Shown piece after piece: positions 8,677-17,662 of a stretch of 64,000 nt of DNA. The DNA is from an uncultured bacterium (GTDB taxonomy: Bacteria > CSSED10-310 > CAZUFC01). Made by a program: the position numbers and the translations under genes. The number at the start of each line of letters is the position of its first letter. Positions within the stretch are counted from its first letter, which is position 1. The notes beneath the pieces are model-generated. The model saw nothing but the letters and a program-made list of their open reading frames with translations, searched no databases and was not told where the DNA came from. The stretch lies in contig CAZUFC010000005.1 of the NCBI GenBank assembly GCA_964619725.1, positions 1-64,000 on the forward strand. Direction: 5' to 3'.

Positions 8677-10587
8677 ATGAAAAAAAGAAATAATCAGGTT
8701 CCCGTGAACAAAAAAAAATCTTGTCAGGGCGAGAAGAAGAATCCGGTTAAGATAATCAAGGACGATGACGGCACGGATGAGCTCTTCAAACGCCTTACCG
8801 AAAAAAAATGGCTGCCTGCTTTGATTATTGTCATAACCGCGTTGGCGGCCTTCGGTTCGACGATCGGCGGCGAATTCGTCTGGGACGATGAATATGTCGT
8901 CAAAAAAAATCTCTTCATCAGGGACCTTTCAAACATACCGGACCTTTTTACTACAGAGTATTTTGCACCAGCAGAAATCGGGCATTATACTAAATCGGGC
9001 GAGTTGAGTTACAGGCCGGCGGTTACTTTTACTCATTTCATCGATTATTTCATTTTCGGATTGAATCCTCACGGATATCATTTGAATAATCTGCTGTTGC
9101 ATATTTCCGCATGCCTTTGTCTTTACGGTTTTTTGAGGACCCTGGGACTGTCGCTGAGAAGTTCTCTCATCGCTTCGATGCTGTTTGCGGTGCATCCTGT
9201 TAATTCTGAGACGATCAACACCATAGCGTATCGTGAGGACATACTGACGGGCATCTTCGTCTGTCTGGCGTTTATTTTTTACCTTAAGCAGAAACCGTTG
9301 ACTTCCGGCCTATTTTACGGCCTGGGATTGCTGTCCAAGGAAATGACCCTGGCTTTTCTACCTTTGGTACTGCTGCATTTTCTGCTGGTTAAACCTTACA
9401 AGTTATACGAGGACAAGACCAGATTCCATTTTTTCGTTTTCTTGAGCCTGGTCATAACGACAGGATACCTGGCGCTGATATTCGGGGTCTTTCCGTCTTA
9501 TTCCGTCGATGACGACGCATCGACGCAATCAGTCGGTTTTCCGACCATGATAAGAGTCATAATCCATTATATGAGGCTTTTCGTTTTTCCCTTGGGATTA
9601 ACGGTGGACTATCTTTTTCCCGTTTCTCCGTCGGTCGCTGACCCGAAGTTCATTCTCTCCCTGATTCTGCTTGCGGCAGCCCTGGCGATTCCCCTGTTTT
9701 TAAAATGGCGGCACGTAACGAAGTTTTTATATTTCTGGTTTTTCGCGGCTTTGCTTCCTGTCAGCGGCATATATCCTTTGGCCAACTTCATTGCGGAGCG
9801 ATACCTTTATTTGCCGTCCATGGGGTGGTGCGGCGCTGCGGGGATAGCGGCGGCATCTGTGGTAAGATTGAGCGGAAAAAAGAGAAAACGGACCGCATTC
9901 GCAGTTGCAGGTGTCCTTCTGGTATTTATATTCTACAACAATGGAAGAAATCGGATATGGTCGGATGAACAGCTTTTCTACGAAGCCATGATCAGGGCAA
10001 ATAACTACAGCCACAAAGGTTGGTCGGGATTGGGCCTGACAATGATGCAGAAACAGGAGTATGAAAAAGCCGTTACAGCCCTTAAAAATTCACTTGTTTT
10101 AAATGAAAAAAACGCCATTGCGCTCCATAACCTGGGCAGCGCTTATATGGAGCTGGCAAAAAACGATGAAGCCATCCAGACATTCCGGAAGGTCATTGAG
10201 CTGGACCCGGATTTCATAGAATCCCGTTATCATCTGGGGCTCATGCTGCGAAAACAGGAAAAAAAACGGGAAGCGGAAGAGGAATTTAAACAGGTCCTGG
10301 CGCAGAATCCCAATTTTATACCGGCCCGATTCATGCTCGGTGTAACTCTTCAGGAAAGGGCAGAGTATGAAGAGGCTGTTGAGGTATATAAGGGAATCCT
10401 GGAACTGAATCCCCATTACGCGAAAGCCCTGAAAAACCTGGGCGTGATATACCTTTCCCACATAGAAAATCCTGAAAAAGCCGCCTATTATTTCCGTAAG
10501 TATATGCAATTAGCGCCGGACGACCCGCAGCGAGCCGTCATACAACAGGCGATCAAGGCCGCAGAGTCTTATCAGGCGGATAATTAG
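8677..10587 (+). CDS. TMTC-like GT-C membrane glycosyltransferase with C-terminal TPRs
   Basis: FVWDD, YRP, FAVHPVNSE, LLSKE and ERYLYLPS motifs; many TM segments; 5-6 C-terminal TPRs. Confidence 0.85.
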   Translation: MKKRNNQVPVNKKKSCQGEKKNPVKIIKDDDGTDELFKRLTEKKWLPALIIVITALAAFGSTIGGEFVWDDEYVVKKNLFIRDLSNIPDLFTTEYFAPAEIGHYTKSGELSYRPAVTFTHFIDYFIFGLNPHGYHLNNLLLHISACLCLYGFLRTLGLSLRSSLIASMLFAVHPVNSETINTIAYREDILTGIFVCLAFIFYLKQKPLTSGLFYGLGLLSKEMTLAFLPLVLLHFLLVKPYKLYEDKTRFHFFVFLSLVITTGYLALIFGVFPSYSVDDDASTQSVGFPTMIRVIIHYMRLFVFPLGLTVDYLFPVSPSVADPKFILSLILLAAALAIPLFLKWRHVTKFLYFWFFAALLPVSGIYPLANFIAERYLYLPSMGWCGAAGIAAASVVRLSGKKRKRTAFAVAGVLLVFIFYNNGRNRIWSDEQLFYEAMIRANNYSHKGWSGLGLTMMQKQEYEKAVTALKNSLVLNEKNAIALHNLGSAYMELAKNDEAIQTFRKVIELDPDFIESRYHLGLMLRKQEKKREAEEEFKQVLAQNPNFIPARFMLGVTLQERAEYEEAVEVYKGILELNPHYAKALKNLGVIYLSHIENPEKAAYYFRKYMQLAPDDPQRAVIQQAIKAAESYQADN

Positions 10588-10708
10588 CGCCAGTCCATAA
10601 ACTCGATTCTCAATTCAAAATTTAATGCAGGACAGGCATTACGGTTTTTGATCCATCCCGCTAAGCCTGTCCAGCCTGCAAGACAAATAGGATCGCAGTC
10701 CTGAAATC

Positions 10709-10948
10709 GTGGACTGGAACAACGACGGCAAAAAGGACGTCCTTTACGGAGACGGCGGCGGCATCTATTATTATCCCAATAATCAACCGGGCGATAATGC
10801 GCCTCCCGATGTGATGAACCTTTCCTTAGTTAAGGCTACTGATGATTCGATCAGTCTTGCCTGGAAGAATCCGAATGTTAACGACTTTGACGGCGTATTA
10901 ATCGTTCGCTTCGGATGGCCTCTGACCCCCATTTTCGAAGATCAGTAG
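10709..10948 (+). pseudogene. Internal fragment of a secreted FG-GAP/VCBS plus Fn3-like protein
   Basis: DWNNDGKKDVLYG (FG-GAP-like) and SLAWKNPNVNDFDGVLIVR (Fn3-like); no signal peptide; runs into the yoeB stop codon. Confidence 0.65.
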
Positions 10949-11196
10949 TGATATCGAAGTTGAGCGATCAGTATAGAGTCGTCTTTTATTTTATACACAA
11001 TGCGATGCTCGTTGTCGATCCTTCTTGACCACCAGCCGGTTAAATTGTGCTTCAATGCCTCAGGTTTTCCGATGCCCTTGTACTTGTTTTTCTGAATGTC
11101 ACGGATTAATGCATTTATTCTTTTGATTGCTTTTTTATCCGTTCTTTGCCAATAAAGATAATCTTGCCAGGCATTCTCTGAAAAAATCAGCTTCAT
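10942..11196 (-). CDS. yoeB: Txe/YoeB family toxin
   Basis: AWQDYLYWQ, GIGKPEALKHNLTGWWSRRIDNEHRIVY and terminal RYHY. Confidence 0.96.
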   Translation of the reverse strand: MKLIFSENAWQDYLYWQRTDKKAIKRINALIRDIQKNKYKGIGKPEALKHNLTGWWSRRIDNEHRIVYKIKDDSILIAQLRYHY

Positions 11197-11444
11197 TCCT
11201 TCAACTCTTTCTGTTTTCCTTTTCCCTCGTCGAGCTCCTTGATCGATTCAAGCAATCTCTCGGCATTTCTGGGACTTTGAACAAGATAAGACGTTTCGTT
11301 CAGCGATTCATAATCCTCTAAAGACATAATGACGACGGATTCATGATTCCTTCGCGTAACTATAACCGGATCGCGGTTCTCGCATACCTCTTTCATGGTG
11401 CCGGCCAGGTTTTTCCTCGCATATGTATAACTGATGGCTCGCAT
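11193..11444 (-). CDS. yefM: Phd/YefM family antitoxin
   Basis: ISYTYARKNL, PVIVTR and MSLEDYESLNETSYLVQSPRNA; 4-bp overlap with yoeB. Confidence 0.96.
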   Translation of the reverse strand: MRAISYTYARKNLAGTMKEVCENRDPVIVTRRNHESVVIMSLEDYESLNETSYLVQSPRNAERLLESIKELDEGKGKQKELKE

Positions 11445-11481
11445 GATACACCTCCTTCTCCTGGGGAGCGTTGCCTTTCCC

Positions 11482-11515
11482 TGTACAATATATTGTACCT
11501 GTACAATTTTGTCAA
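11482..11515 (-). promoter_or_regulatory. yefM-yoeB promoter/operator
   Basis: TGTACA cores at 11482 and 11500; palindrome GTACAATATATTGTAC; TTGACA on the minus strand at 11510-11515. TGTACA is the known E. coli YefM operator core. Confidence 0.75.
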
Positions 11516-11902
11516 TTCAATTTACTCTTAAAATTCTTCCCGGTTATACCAATGAGCGCCGGAGATATTTTGTTCTTTTAACTTATTCCGGATGCCGGAT
11601 TTCGGGACTGATAAAATGGAAGTTACAGATTTTGAGAGGCAGGGGTGTTGCTTATACTTTGACCGAGCAAATCCGCAGCCTGACGCAGCTTAGGGGAAAT
11701 TTGCCGTTATGGACAAAAACTGATTAGAGGGCGTGTTTGCTTATTTGCTGTTTTTTATGGGACAATATTACTGGACGGCATCTTTAAAGTTGTTCGTCTC
11801 GTATTGCCTGTTGAATTTGTTTAGTTTTCGTTCGTGTGAACGGAAAATGACGAAATAGTTATTAAATTGATCCGAAAATCACGAATTCATTGGAGGAAAA
11901 AA

Positions 11903-12142
11903 ATGGAATTGATTGCGTGGCTAATACACGTTTACATCTGGCTGATCATAATCAGGGCGATCCTGTCCTGGGCGCCCGGCCTGAGGAATAATCCTGCGGT
12001 TCAGATTCTGGACCAGATTACCGAGCCGGTTCTGGCGCCTATTCGCAAAATGATACCGCCGGAAAGGCTGGGAATAGATATCTCCCCCATAATCGCCATA
12101 TTCGCCCTGGCGTTCCTCGCCCGATTGCTGTCGACCCTTTAA
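11903..12142 (+). CDS. yggT: YggT family membrane protein
   Basis: IIIRAILSW...NP...LDQITEPVLAPIRK...GIDISPII; GGAGG RBS before ATG 11903. Confidence 0.92.
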   Translation: MELIAWLIHVYIWLIIIRAILSWAPGLRNNPAVQILDQITEPVLAPIRKMIPPERLGIDISPIIAIFALAFLARLLSTL

Positions 12143-12187
12143 TGGTTTGCGAAGGGCTCTGCGAAGGGCTCTGACCCCCTCGCAAAT
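12141..12187 (+). repeat. REP hairpin (GAAGGGCTCTGACCCC) preceded by a truncated tandem copy
   Basis: tttgcGAAGGGCTCT gcGAAGGGCTCTGACCCCctcgcaaa, between convergent genes. Confidence 0.8.
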
Positions 12188-13080
12188 CAAAGAAACCGAT
12201 CCAGCCATTGAAGGGTATTACCTCGCGCCTGGTCGGATTTTTTCCTGTTTTTGAAGTTGAAAACGTGGCCGGCATCTTTTATTTCGACCAATTTTGCGGG
12301 CGTTCCGTATTGATGCAGTTTTTCCAGCAGTCGGTTAGATTCGCTTATAGGCGCCGAGGTATCGTTTTCTCCATGTATAAGCAGAACGGGAACATTTATT
12401 CGCTTTGCATAATTGATGGGAGACGCTTCCGCCAGTATGCGACGGAATTGTTTTTCGTTTTCAGCGCCTGATTCTTTTCTGAAATGGCGTCTGATAAATT
12501 TAAAGACCAGTTTCCGACCTGCACCGCCTCCCGGGTGATACATCCATTCTTCAAAATCCGTAACGGGATAATAGGCAATGACCGCGCTGATTTTAGAGCT
12601 GTGGGCCGCCATTATGAGACTGAAAACGCCGCCCTGCGAAAACCCAAGGGATGCAATACGGTCTGAATCGATACGGGGATGAGCCTGAATGCGGCTCAAC
12701 GCTTTGAGGACATCTTCCGGTTTGCGCCAAACGAAAAGCGTTTTACGGTATCGCCCTTTAATTAATCGTTTATAATCTACGGCGACTGCGGCATAACCCT
12801 TCTCGGCAAGGTCTGTAATGACTCCTGAAAGCAGCTCAACTCCTTTGCCCGCCGGCGGATAGACCATTACGACGGCCAGATCGCTTTTACCTGTGGGAAA
12901 AGCCCATTTGAATCTCATGAGCAGTTCCCCGCTAACCATGTTTTCATCGCGAATTTCCACAGTGGAAAGGCGCTTTGGATTCCTTATCGGCAGAGGTCTC
13001 AAGCAGCCGGAGATGATTGAAGCGCCAAAAAGAAGAAGACCCATTAAACAAATGCATTGTATGTCAAGAATTGATTTCAT
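12187..13080 (-). CDS. Alpha/beta hydrolase (dienelactone hydrolase / S9-like), probable lipoprotein
   Basis: GFSQGG nucleophile elbow, HGEND, DAGHVF; signal peptide ending ISGC. Confidence 0.85.
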   Translation of the reverse strand: MKSILDIQCICLMGLLLFGASIISGCLRPLPIRNPKRLSTVEIRDENMVSGELLMRFKWAFPTGKSDLAVVMVYPPAGKGVELLSGVITDLAEKGYAAVAVDYKRLIKGRYRKTLFVWRKPEDVLKALSRIQAHPRIDSDRIASLGFSQGGVFSLIMAAHSSKISAVIAYYPVTDFEEWMYHPGGGAGRKLVFKFIRRHFRKESGAENEKQFRRILAEASPINYAKRINVPVLLIHGENDTSAPISESNRLLEKLHQYGTPAKLVEIKDAGHVFNFKNRKKSDQARGNTLQWLDRFL

Positions 13081-13317
13081 ATGATTGACGTCTGCGGTTT
13101 ATCAGAAAACGGGCAGACTTTACGTCATTGTCGACGGAATTATACTTTCCAGCCGTCCGGTTTGCAAGCATCCGTATTATTTGCTTCATATCTTTGACCT
13201 TTTGCTCATTTGTTATTATAGAATAAACGATGCAGTGACTATGACTTTACTCAGAAAGAAGTGCCCAGTCTAAAACTATTGGAATAACCTGGTATTTTCG
13301 GAAAGGAAATAAGACGG

Positions 13318-14907
13318 ATGAAATGGTCATGCGATAATTTGTTCTTTGTTTGTTTTTCGGTATTTTTGTTTGCGGTTTTTGGTGTGGTTACGTCCGGCGC
13401 TGAGAAAAAAGAATCGTCGGATAATATTAGAGGGGAGTCTATTTCATTTGAGAAGGCGATGACGGATGATCCCTGCGCCGTGATTTGTCCGCCAGACAGC
13501 CTGGATGAAGGAGAACCTTTCGGTGATGATACGAATGGGGGTTGTGGAGCAGATCCGCCGGCATTCACGGAATTTGATTGCGGGGAAGTATACTGCGGGT
13601 CAGGATGGGCTGAAGATTCAATGCGTGACACGGACTGGTACCAAATAGAATTGTCAGAACCGCGGCTTGTCAGAATGACGGTAATGGCGGAATTTGAATT
13701 TATGGCCGCCTTTGTCGTAACCGATCCGCCGGGGACCGGAGACTGCTCGGACATGACGGGTTATCTGGATCCCTATGCCGTGGGCAATCCCTGCCAGGAA
13801 CCTGCCGTAAGCATCGAAAAATCACTCGATTCGGGAACTCATTGGTTCTTTCTTTCTCCGTCAGTATTTGAAGGGTATCCCATTTCAGAAGGTCCCTGGG
13901 TTTATTATATTTCCTTTGAATGCGAAACGCCGCCTGAAGGCGCCTGCTGCGTCGATTCCCTGTGTGCATCAACCAACACGGAAACGGAATGCCTGGGAAT
14001 GGGCGGCGCCTGGTTCGAAGGAGAAATCTGTCCGGCTTTCAATTGCGGAGGAGGAACGTGCGAGGTTCCTTACGTCATTGAGTTGCCCGCGGATATGCCC
14101 GTGGTAAATCGCAATATGACATGTCACCGGGGAAACGATTATTCGGATACTTGCCTCGGCGATTACGACGGGGGTGAAGATTTTATCTATGAATTACGCG
14201 TTACTGAAGCCTTCACATGTCTTCTTTCAATCATATCGCTGGACCCGGACGAGCAATGGATGGGCATGGCCCTGGATGATCAATGCCCTCCGTCTGCCGA
14301 TTGCCTGGAGTCAGTAACTTCAGGAACTGAAACTGCCGTGTCTTTTTATTATAATTTTGATCCGGGCGCCTATTTCCTGATGATCGATACCTGGCCCAGT
14401 CCCGACTGCATTAGCGATTTTGCGTTTTCCATATGTGAATTTCAGGCAAATGATTTTTGCGAGAACGCACTGTCCATTACCGATGCCGGCGTCATATCTT
14501 TCAACACGGCCTGCGCTTCATTTGACGGGCCCGGCGAATGCATGACTTCGCCTAATATCTGGTACAGATTTACTCCGAATGTAACCGGCAGGGCCGTCGT
14601 CAATCTGCTGGCCAGTCATTACGATACGAAACTGGCGGTTTACAGTGGAGTTGAATGCGATCCGACGGGAAGCATGATCGAATGCAATGATGATTATCAA
14701 GGTTCTTTACAGTCGAGAATCTCTTTCTCCTGTCTGGCCGGACAAAATTATTTAATTGAAGTCGGCGGACATGAGGATGCTACCGGTCCCGGGACGATAA
14801 GCGCTGAAGTGAAATCATTTGAATCGCCGACGCTTTCTTTTTGGGGATTTCTGGTATTATTTGCCTTGTTTTCCCGGTTAATTCTCAAGCGTCGTCCGAT
14901 CCATTAG
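13318..14907 (+). CDS. Secreted Cys/acidic-rich protein (PPC-like repeats) with IPTL-CTERM-like anchor
   Basis: Signal peptide; GACC, YDTKLAVY and CNDD motifs; C-terminus SPTLSFWG + TM + KRR. Confidence 0.75.
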   Translation: MKWSCDNLFFVCFSVFLFAVFGVVTSGAEKKESSDNIRGESISFEKAMTDDPCAVICPPDSLDEGEPFGDDTNGGCGADPPAFTEFDCGEVYCGSGWAEDSMRDTDWYQIELSEPRLVRMTVMAEFEFMAAFVVTDPPGTGDCSDMTGYLDPYAVGNPCQEPAVSIEKSLDSGTHWFFLSPSVFEGYPISEGPWVYYISFECETPPEGACCVDSLCASTNTETECLGMGGAWFEGEICPAFNCGGGTCEVPYVIELPADMPVVNRNMTCHRGNDYSDTCLGDYDGGEDFIYELRVTEAFTCLLSIISLDPDEQWMGMALDDQCPPSADCLESVTSGTETAVSFYYNFDPGAYFLMIDTWPSPDCISDFAFSICEFQANDFCENALSITDAGVISFNTACASFDGPGECMTSPNIWYRFTPNVTGRAVVNLLASHYDTKLAVYSGVECDPTGSMIECNDDYQGSLQSRISFSCLAGQNYLIEVGGHEDATGPGTISAEVKSFESPTLSFWGFLVLFALFSRLILKRRPIH

Positions 14908-14989
14908 TTTTAAAGAGAAGAAATTGAAACGCATTCGGTTCTCAGTTCTGTGAACAGCAATTTTTTACAAGCGAAAAAAGAAATAAGTC

Positions 14990-15376
14990 ATGGGAAAAAA
15001 GAAAAAAAGAGGGCATTACTGCCGCATCTGCAATAGAAGCAAGGCGAATGAAGCGTTTTCAGGTAAGGGACATAGGGACCATATATGCAGGAGTTGCGGT
15101 AGAATCCCCAAAAAGGACATAAAAGCGATAATTCAAAGAGATGAGATATTCGGTTATCTCAAGCAGTCCCATATATCCGGCAAGAATGTTAAGAGGTTGC
15201 AGGAATTGAGGGAATCTCCGGATGAGCAGACGGCAGAACTGGCAGAAATAGTCCTGGAAGTCGCTGAGGTTAAACCTTATAAAAGGAGACGATTAAAAGT
15301 TCTGGCGCGTAAAAGACCTGATCTTCTCCAAAAACTTGATGAAACAGGACTGATTTTTGTCCATCATTTTCATTAA
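14990..15376 (+). CDS. Small basic hypothetical protein with CxxC...HxCxxC zinc-binding motif
   Basis: HYCRIC and HICRSC motifs; clean 128-aa ORF. Confidence 0.7.
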   Translation: MGKKKKRGHYCRICNRSKANEAFSGKGHRDHICRSCGRIPKKDIKAIIQRDEIFGYLKQSHISGKNVKRLQELRESPDEQTAELAEIVLEVAEVKPYKRRRLKVLARKRPDLLQKLDETGLIFVHHFH

Positions 15377-15421
15377 TTATTGGCATTATGTCCTTTTGGG
15401 AAAATTTGACCAATTATGGAA

Positions 15422-17212
15422 TCATGGTTGTTGGGTAAATCTCTGAAGTATTAAGAAACTGAAAACCAGGAGCAGAGTAAATATACCGGAATGACCGACG
15501 GAAGGCACCGGAGCGGAAGTGGAAGTTTGCGTTATGGTTGGAGTAAATGAAGGCGGTGAAGTAGGCGACTGCGTCCAGGTCGGGGTGGCGGTCGGAATGA
15601 TTGTGGGTGTGTGGGTGGATGTTGGAGTAAGCGAGAAAATCGGGGAAGCTGTTGGTGTGATTGTAGGCGAGGTTGTAGGCGTTATAGAAGGAGTTAAAGT
15701 GGCTGAAGCTGTCGGCGTCGAGGTCGTTGTCGGAGTGGGAGAGGAGGTCGGGATTGGCGATGGCGTAGGCGTGGGAGCATCCAGAGCGTAATGCATGCCC
15801 AGGTCGACCAGGTCTGAATCAATGGCTGCGTCCGTTCGCGTCGTCAGTTCATCCATACATATGCCTGTGACGCTCAAACACACATTCGATGCCTGATCGT
15901 CACCGGCATCTATACAGAGACTGTCCGCAGGCTGGCCTGCCGCTGTGCAGCTTAAATAGAAATCTCCTCCCGGACCTGTTGTAAATAAAGGGTCGACATT
16001 CAGGTTTCCCATACCGGGATATCCTCCCTGAACGTCGCAGTTGTTGATTACAGGTGAACCGGAATAGACATGTATCTCATCAGGAGTATTGCCCCATAAT
16101 ATGCTGTTTTCAATGGCGGGCGAACCTGCGTTACAATAGACTGAGCCTCCCGTCTCAGCCGTATTGCCGGTTACTGTAATATTAGTGAAAGAACCGCCGC
16201 CGTGATAAAAATTCAGTCCGCCTCCATTGTTTTCAGCAGTATTATTTAAAATAAGGCAGTTTCGCATCTTCAGCCAATCTCCGTTTTGAGCGAAAAAACC
16301 TCCTCCGTCCGTTGCATTGTTGTTCCATATCGTGCAATTCTCATACTCATCAGCCGCAACATCGCTGTAAACGCCGCCGCCCGAATCGGCATAATTGTTG
16401 AATATGTCGCAGTCCATTATGTCGGGACCTGCATTGATAACGTAGATTCCCCCTCCTTCAGAGGCAGTATTTCCATAGAAACGGCAATCGACTACAGTCG
16501 TATTGCAGCTGTCTATATCTATGCCTCCGCCGAACAATACCGTGTGATTATCCGAAAAATCACAATTTTCAACGTTGGAATGCCCTGAATCGGACATTCC
16601 CCCGCCAGACCAGCCTGATACGTTTGAGGATATGTCGCAGTTTATAAGGCTGGGAGGATGCCCCCAATCCGAATGAAAATAAATGCCGCCGCCCTCCATT
16701 TCAGCTGAATTCGAAGTAATGGTGCAATCGATAACCTGTATTGAAGATTCCTGCCAACAGAATAATCCCCCGCCGCCTCCCCAGCTCTGAGTGAAAGCTG
16801 AGTTCTCAGTAAAAACGCAATTTATAATCACCGGCGCCGCATCAGAACAATAAATCCCGCCTCCCTGGTCTGCTGAACCATGCCGTATGGTTATACCCTG
16901 AAGAATGGAGTCCTCATTTTCAAAACTATGAAAATAAAACCCGCGGCCGGAATACTCACAGTCGATAATACAAGCATCAGGACCGTTTTCAGACATTACG
17001 GTTATATCTTTTCCCTGGAAATCCAAGTCACGGTTGCCTGATCCAGTATAAATCCCATCTGCGATCAACACCGTATCGCCGCTTGATGCAGCGTTTATTC
17101 CAGACTGGATATCGGGTTCATCTCCCGGGACTTCGATGACGGAAGCAAAAACACCACTAATCAATAAAAAATTTAAAATGAACGCTGAGATGATTATCTT
17201 GCCCGTTTTCAT
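15422..17212 (-). CDS. Secreted right-handed parallel beta-helix (pectin lyase-like) protein with Pro/Thr linker and C-terminal anchor
   Basis: IQSGINAASSGDTVLIADGIY; repeated GGGIY/N-x-A units; PT-rich linker; VPSVGHSG + TM; AGGAG RBS before ATG 17212. Confidence 0.85.
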   Translation of the reverse strand: MKTGKIIISAFILNFLLISGVFASVIEVPGDEPDIQSGINAASSGDTVLIADGIYTGSGNRDLDFQGKDITVMSENGPDACIIDCEYSGRGFYFHSFENEDSILQGITIRHGSADQGGGIYCSDAAPVIINCVFTENSAFTQSWGGGGGLFCWQESSIQVIDCTITSNSAEMEGGGIYFHSDWGHPPSLINCDISSNVSGWSGGGMSDSGHSNVENCDFSDNHTVLFGGGIDIDSCNTTVVDCRFYGNTASEGGGIYVINAGPDIMDCDIFNNYADSGGGVYSDVAADEYENCTIWNNNATDGGGFFAQNGDWLKMRNCLILNNTAENNGGGLNFYHGGGSFTNITVTGNTAETGGSVYCNAGSPAIENSILWGNTPDEIHVYSGSPVINNCDVQGGYPGMGNLNVDPLFTTGPGGDFYLSCTAAGQPADSLCIDAGDDQASNVCLSVTGICMDELTTRTDAAIDSDLVDLGMHYALDAPTPTPSPIPTSSPTPTTTSTPTASATLTPSITPTTSPTITPTASPIFSLTPTSTHTPTIIPTATPTWTQSPTSPPSFTPTITQTSTSAPVPSVGHSGIFTLLLVFSFLILQRFTQQP

Positions 17213-17662
17213 AAAAACTCCTTGATTAATCAATGAATAATTCAATAGATCACCGTCGAATCAGATCGCAAGTGACTTATGCCATGAACTGCTTTTGACA
17301 GGCAACCCGTTCGATATTCCACTATTCCACCGGTGATGCCGATGAAAATGAAAATCCGTTTCAGAGTTCTTCGTCGGTTGGAACTCTGTCTTTAAATATT
17401 TTACTGTTCATAGTTTCCGATGCAAATTCTAGTCGTATATCAAAGCGACCGCAATGAAAAATTTTTTTAGTTGTCGGAGGTGTCGGCAGGATGAATAATT
17501 TCCGATCAGATTTGTATTCACGTTTCTTTTTGATTTATGGTATAGAGGAGGATCATTCTCATTTTTGAGATTGAATCTGGGGATTTACAGGATTGAACAA
17601 GGCGTATCTTGTTCACAGGGATAAGTCGCAGAAAAAAATGAGAATCTCGATTCCTGGTTCGA

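Larger units (their letters stand above)
10584..11723. mobile_element. Putative non-autonomous inverted-repeat element carrying yefM-yoeB and a gene fragment
   Basis: 10593-10656 aligns without gaps to 48438-48501 (49/64 identical by manual count); 11627-11723 matches 48538-48634; ends contain inverted GTCCATAA / TTATGGAC. Confidence 0.55.

Noticed and set aside
2472-15421. Integron cassette array explaining the TA genes and small ORFs
   Set aside because: No attC-like RYYYAAC...GTTRRRY structures or integron integrase seen; gene orientations are mixed
15519-15791. Val/Gly-rich ORFs here and at 42390-42689
   Set aside because: Antisense shadows of Pro/Thr linkers
17246-17400. c-di-GMP riboswitch upstream of the beta-helix gene
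   Set aside because: Only a GGGTTGCC-like tail is present; the GGCAAA/GAAA/GACGCAAA core is missing
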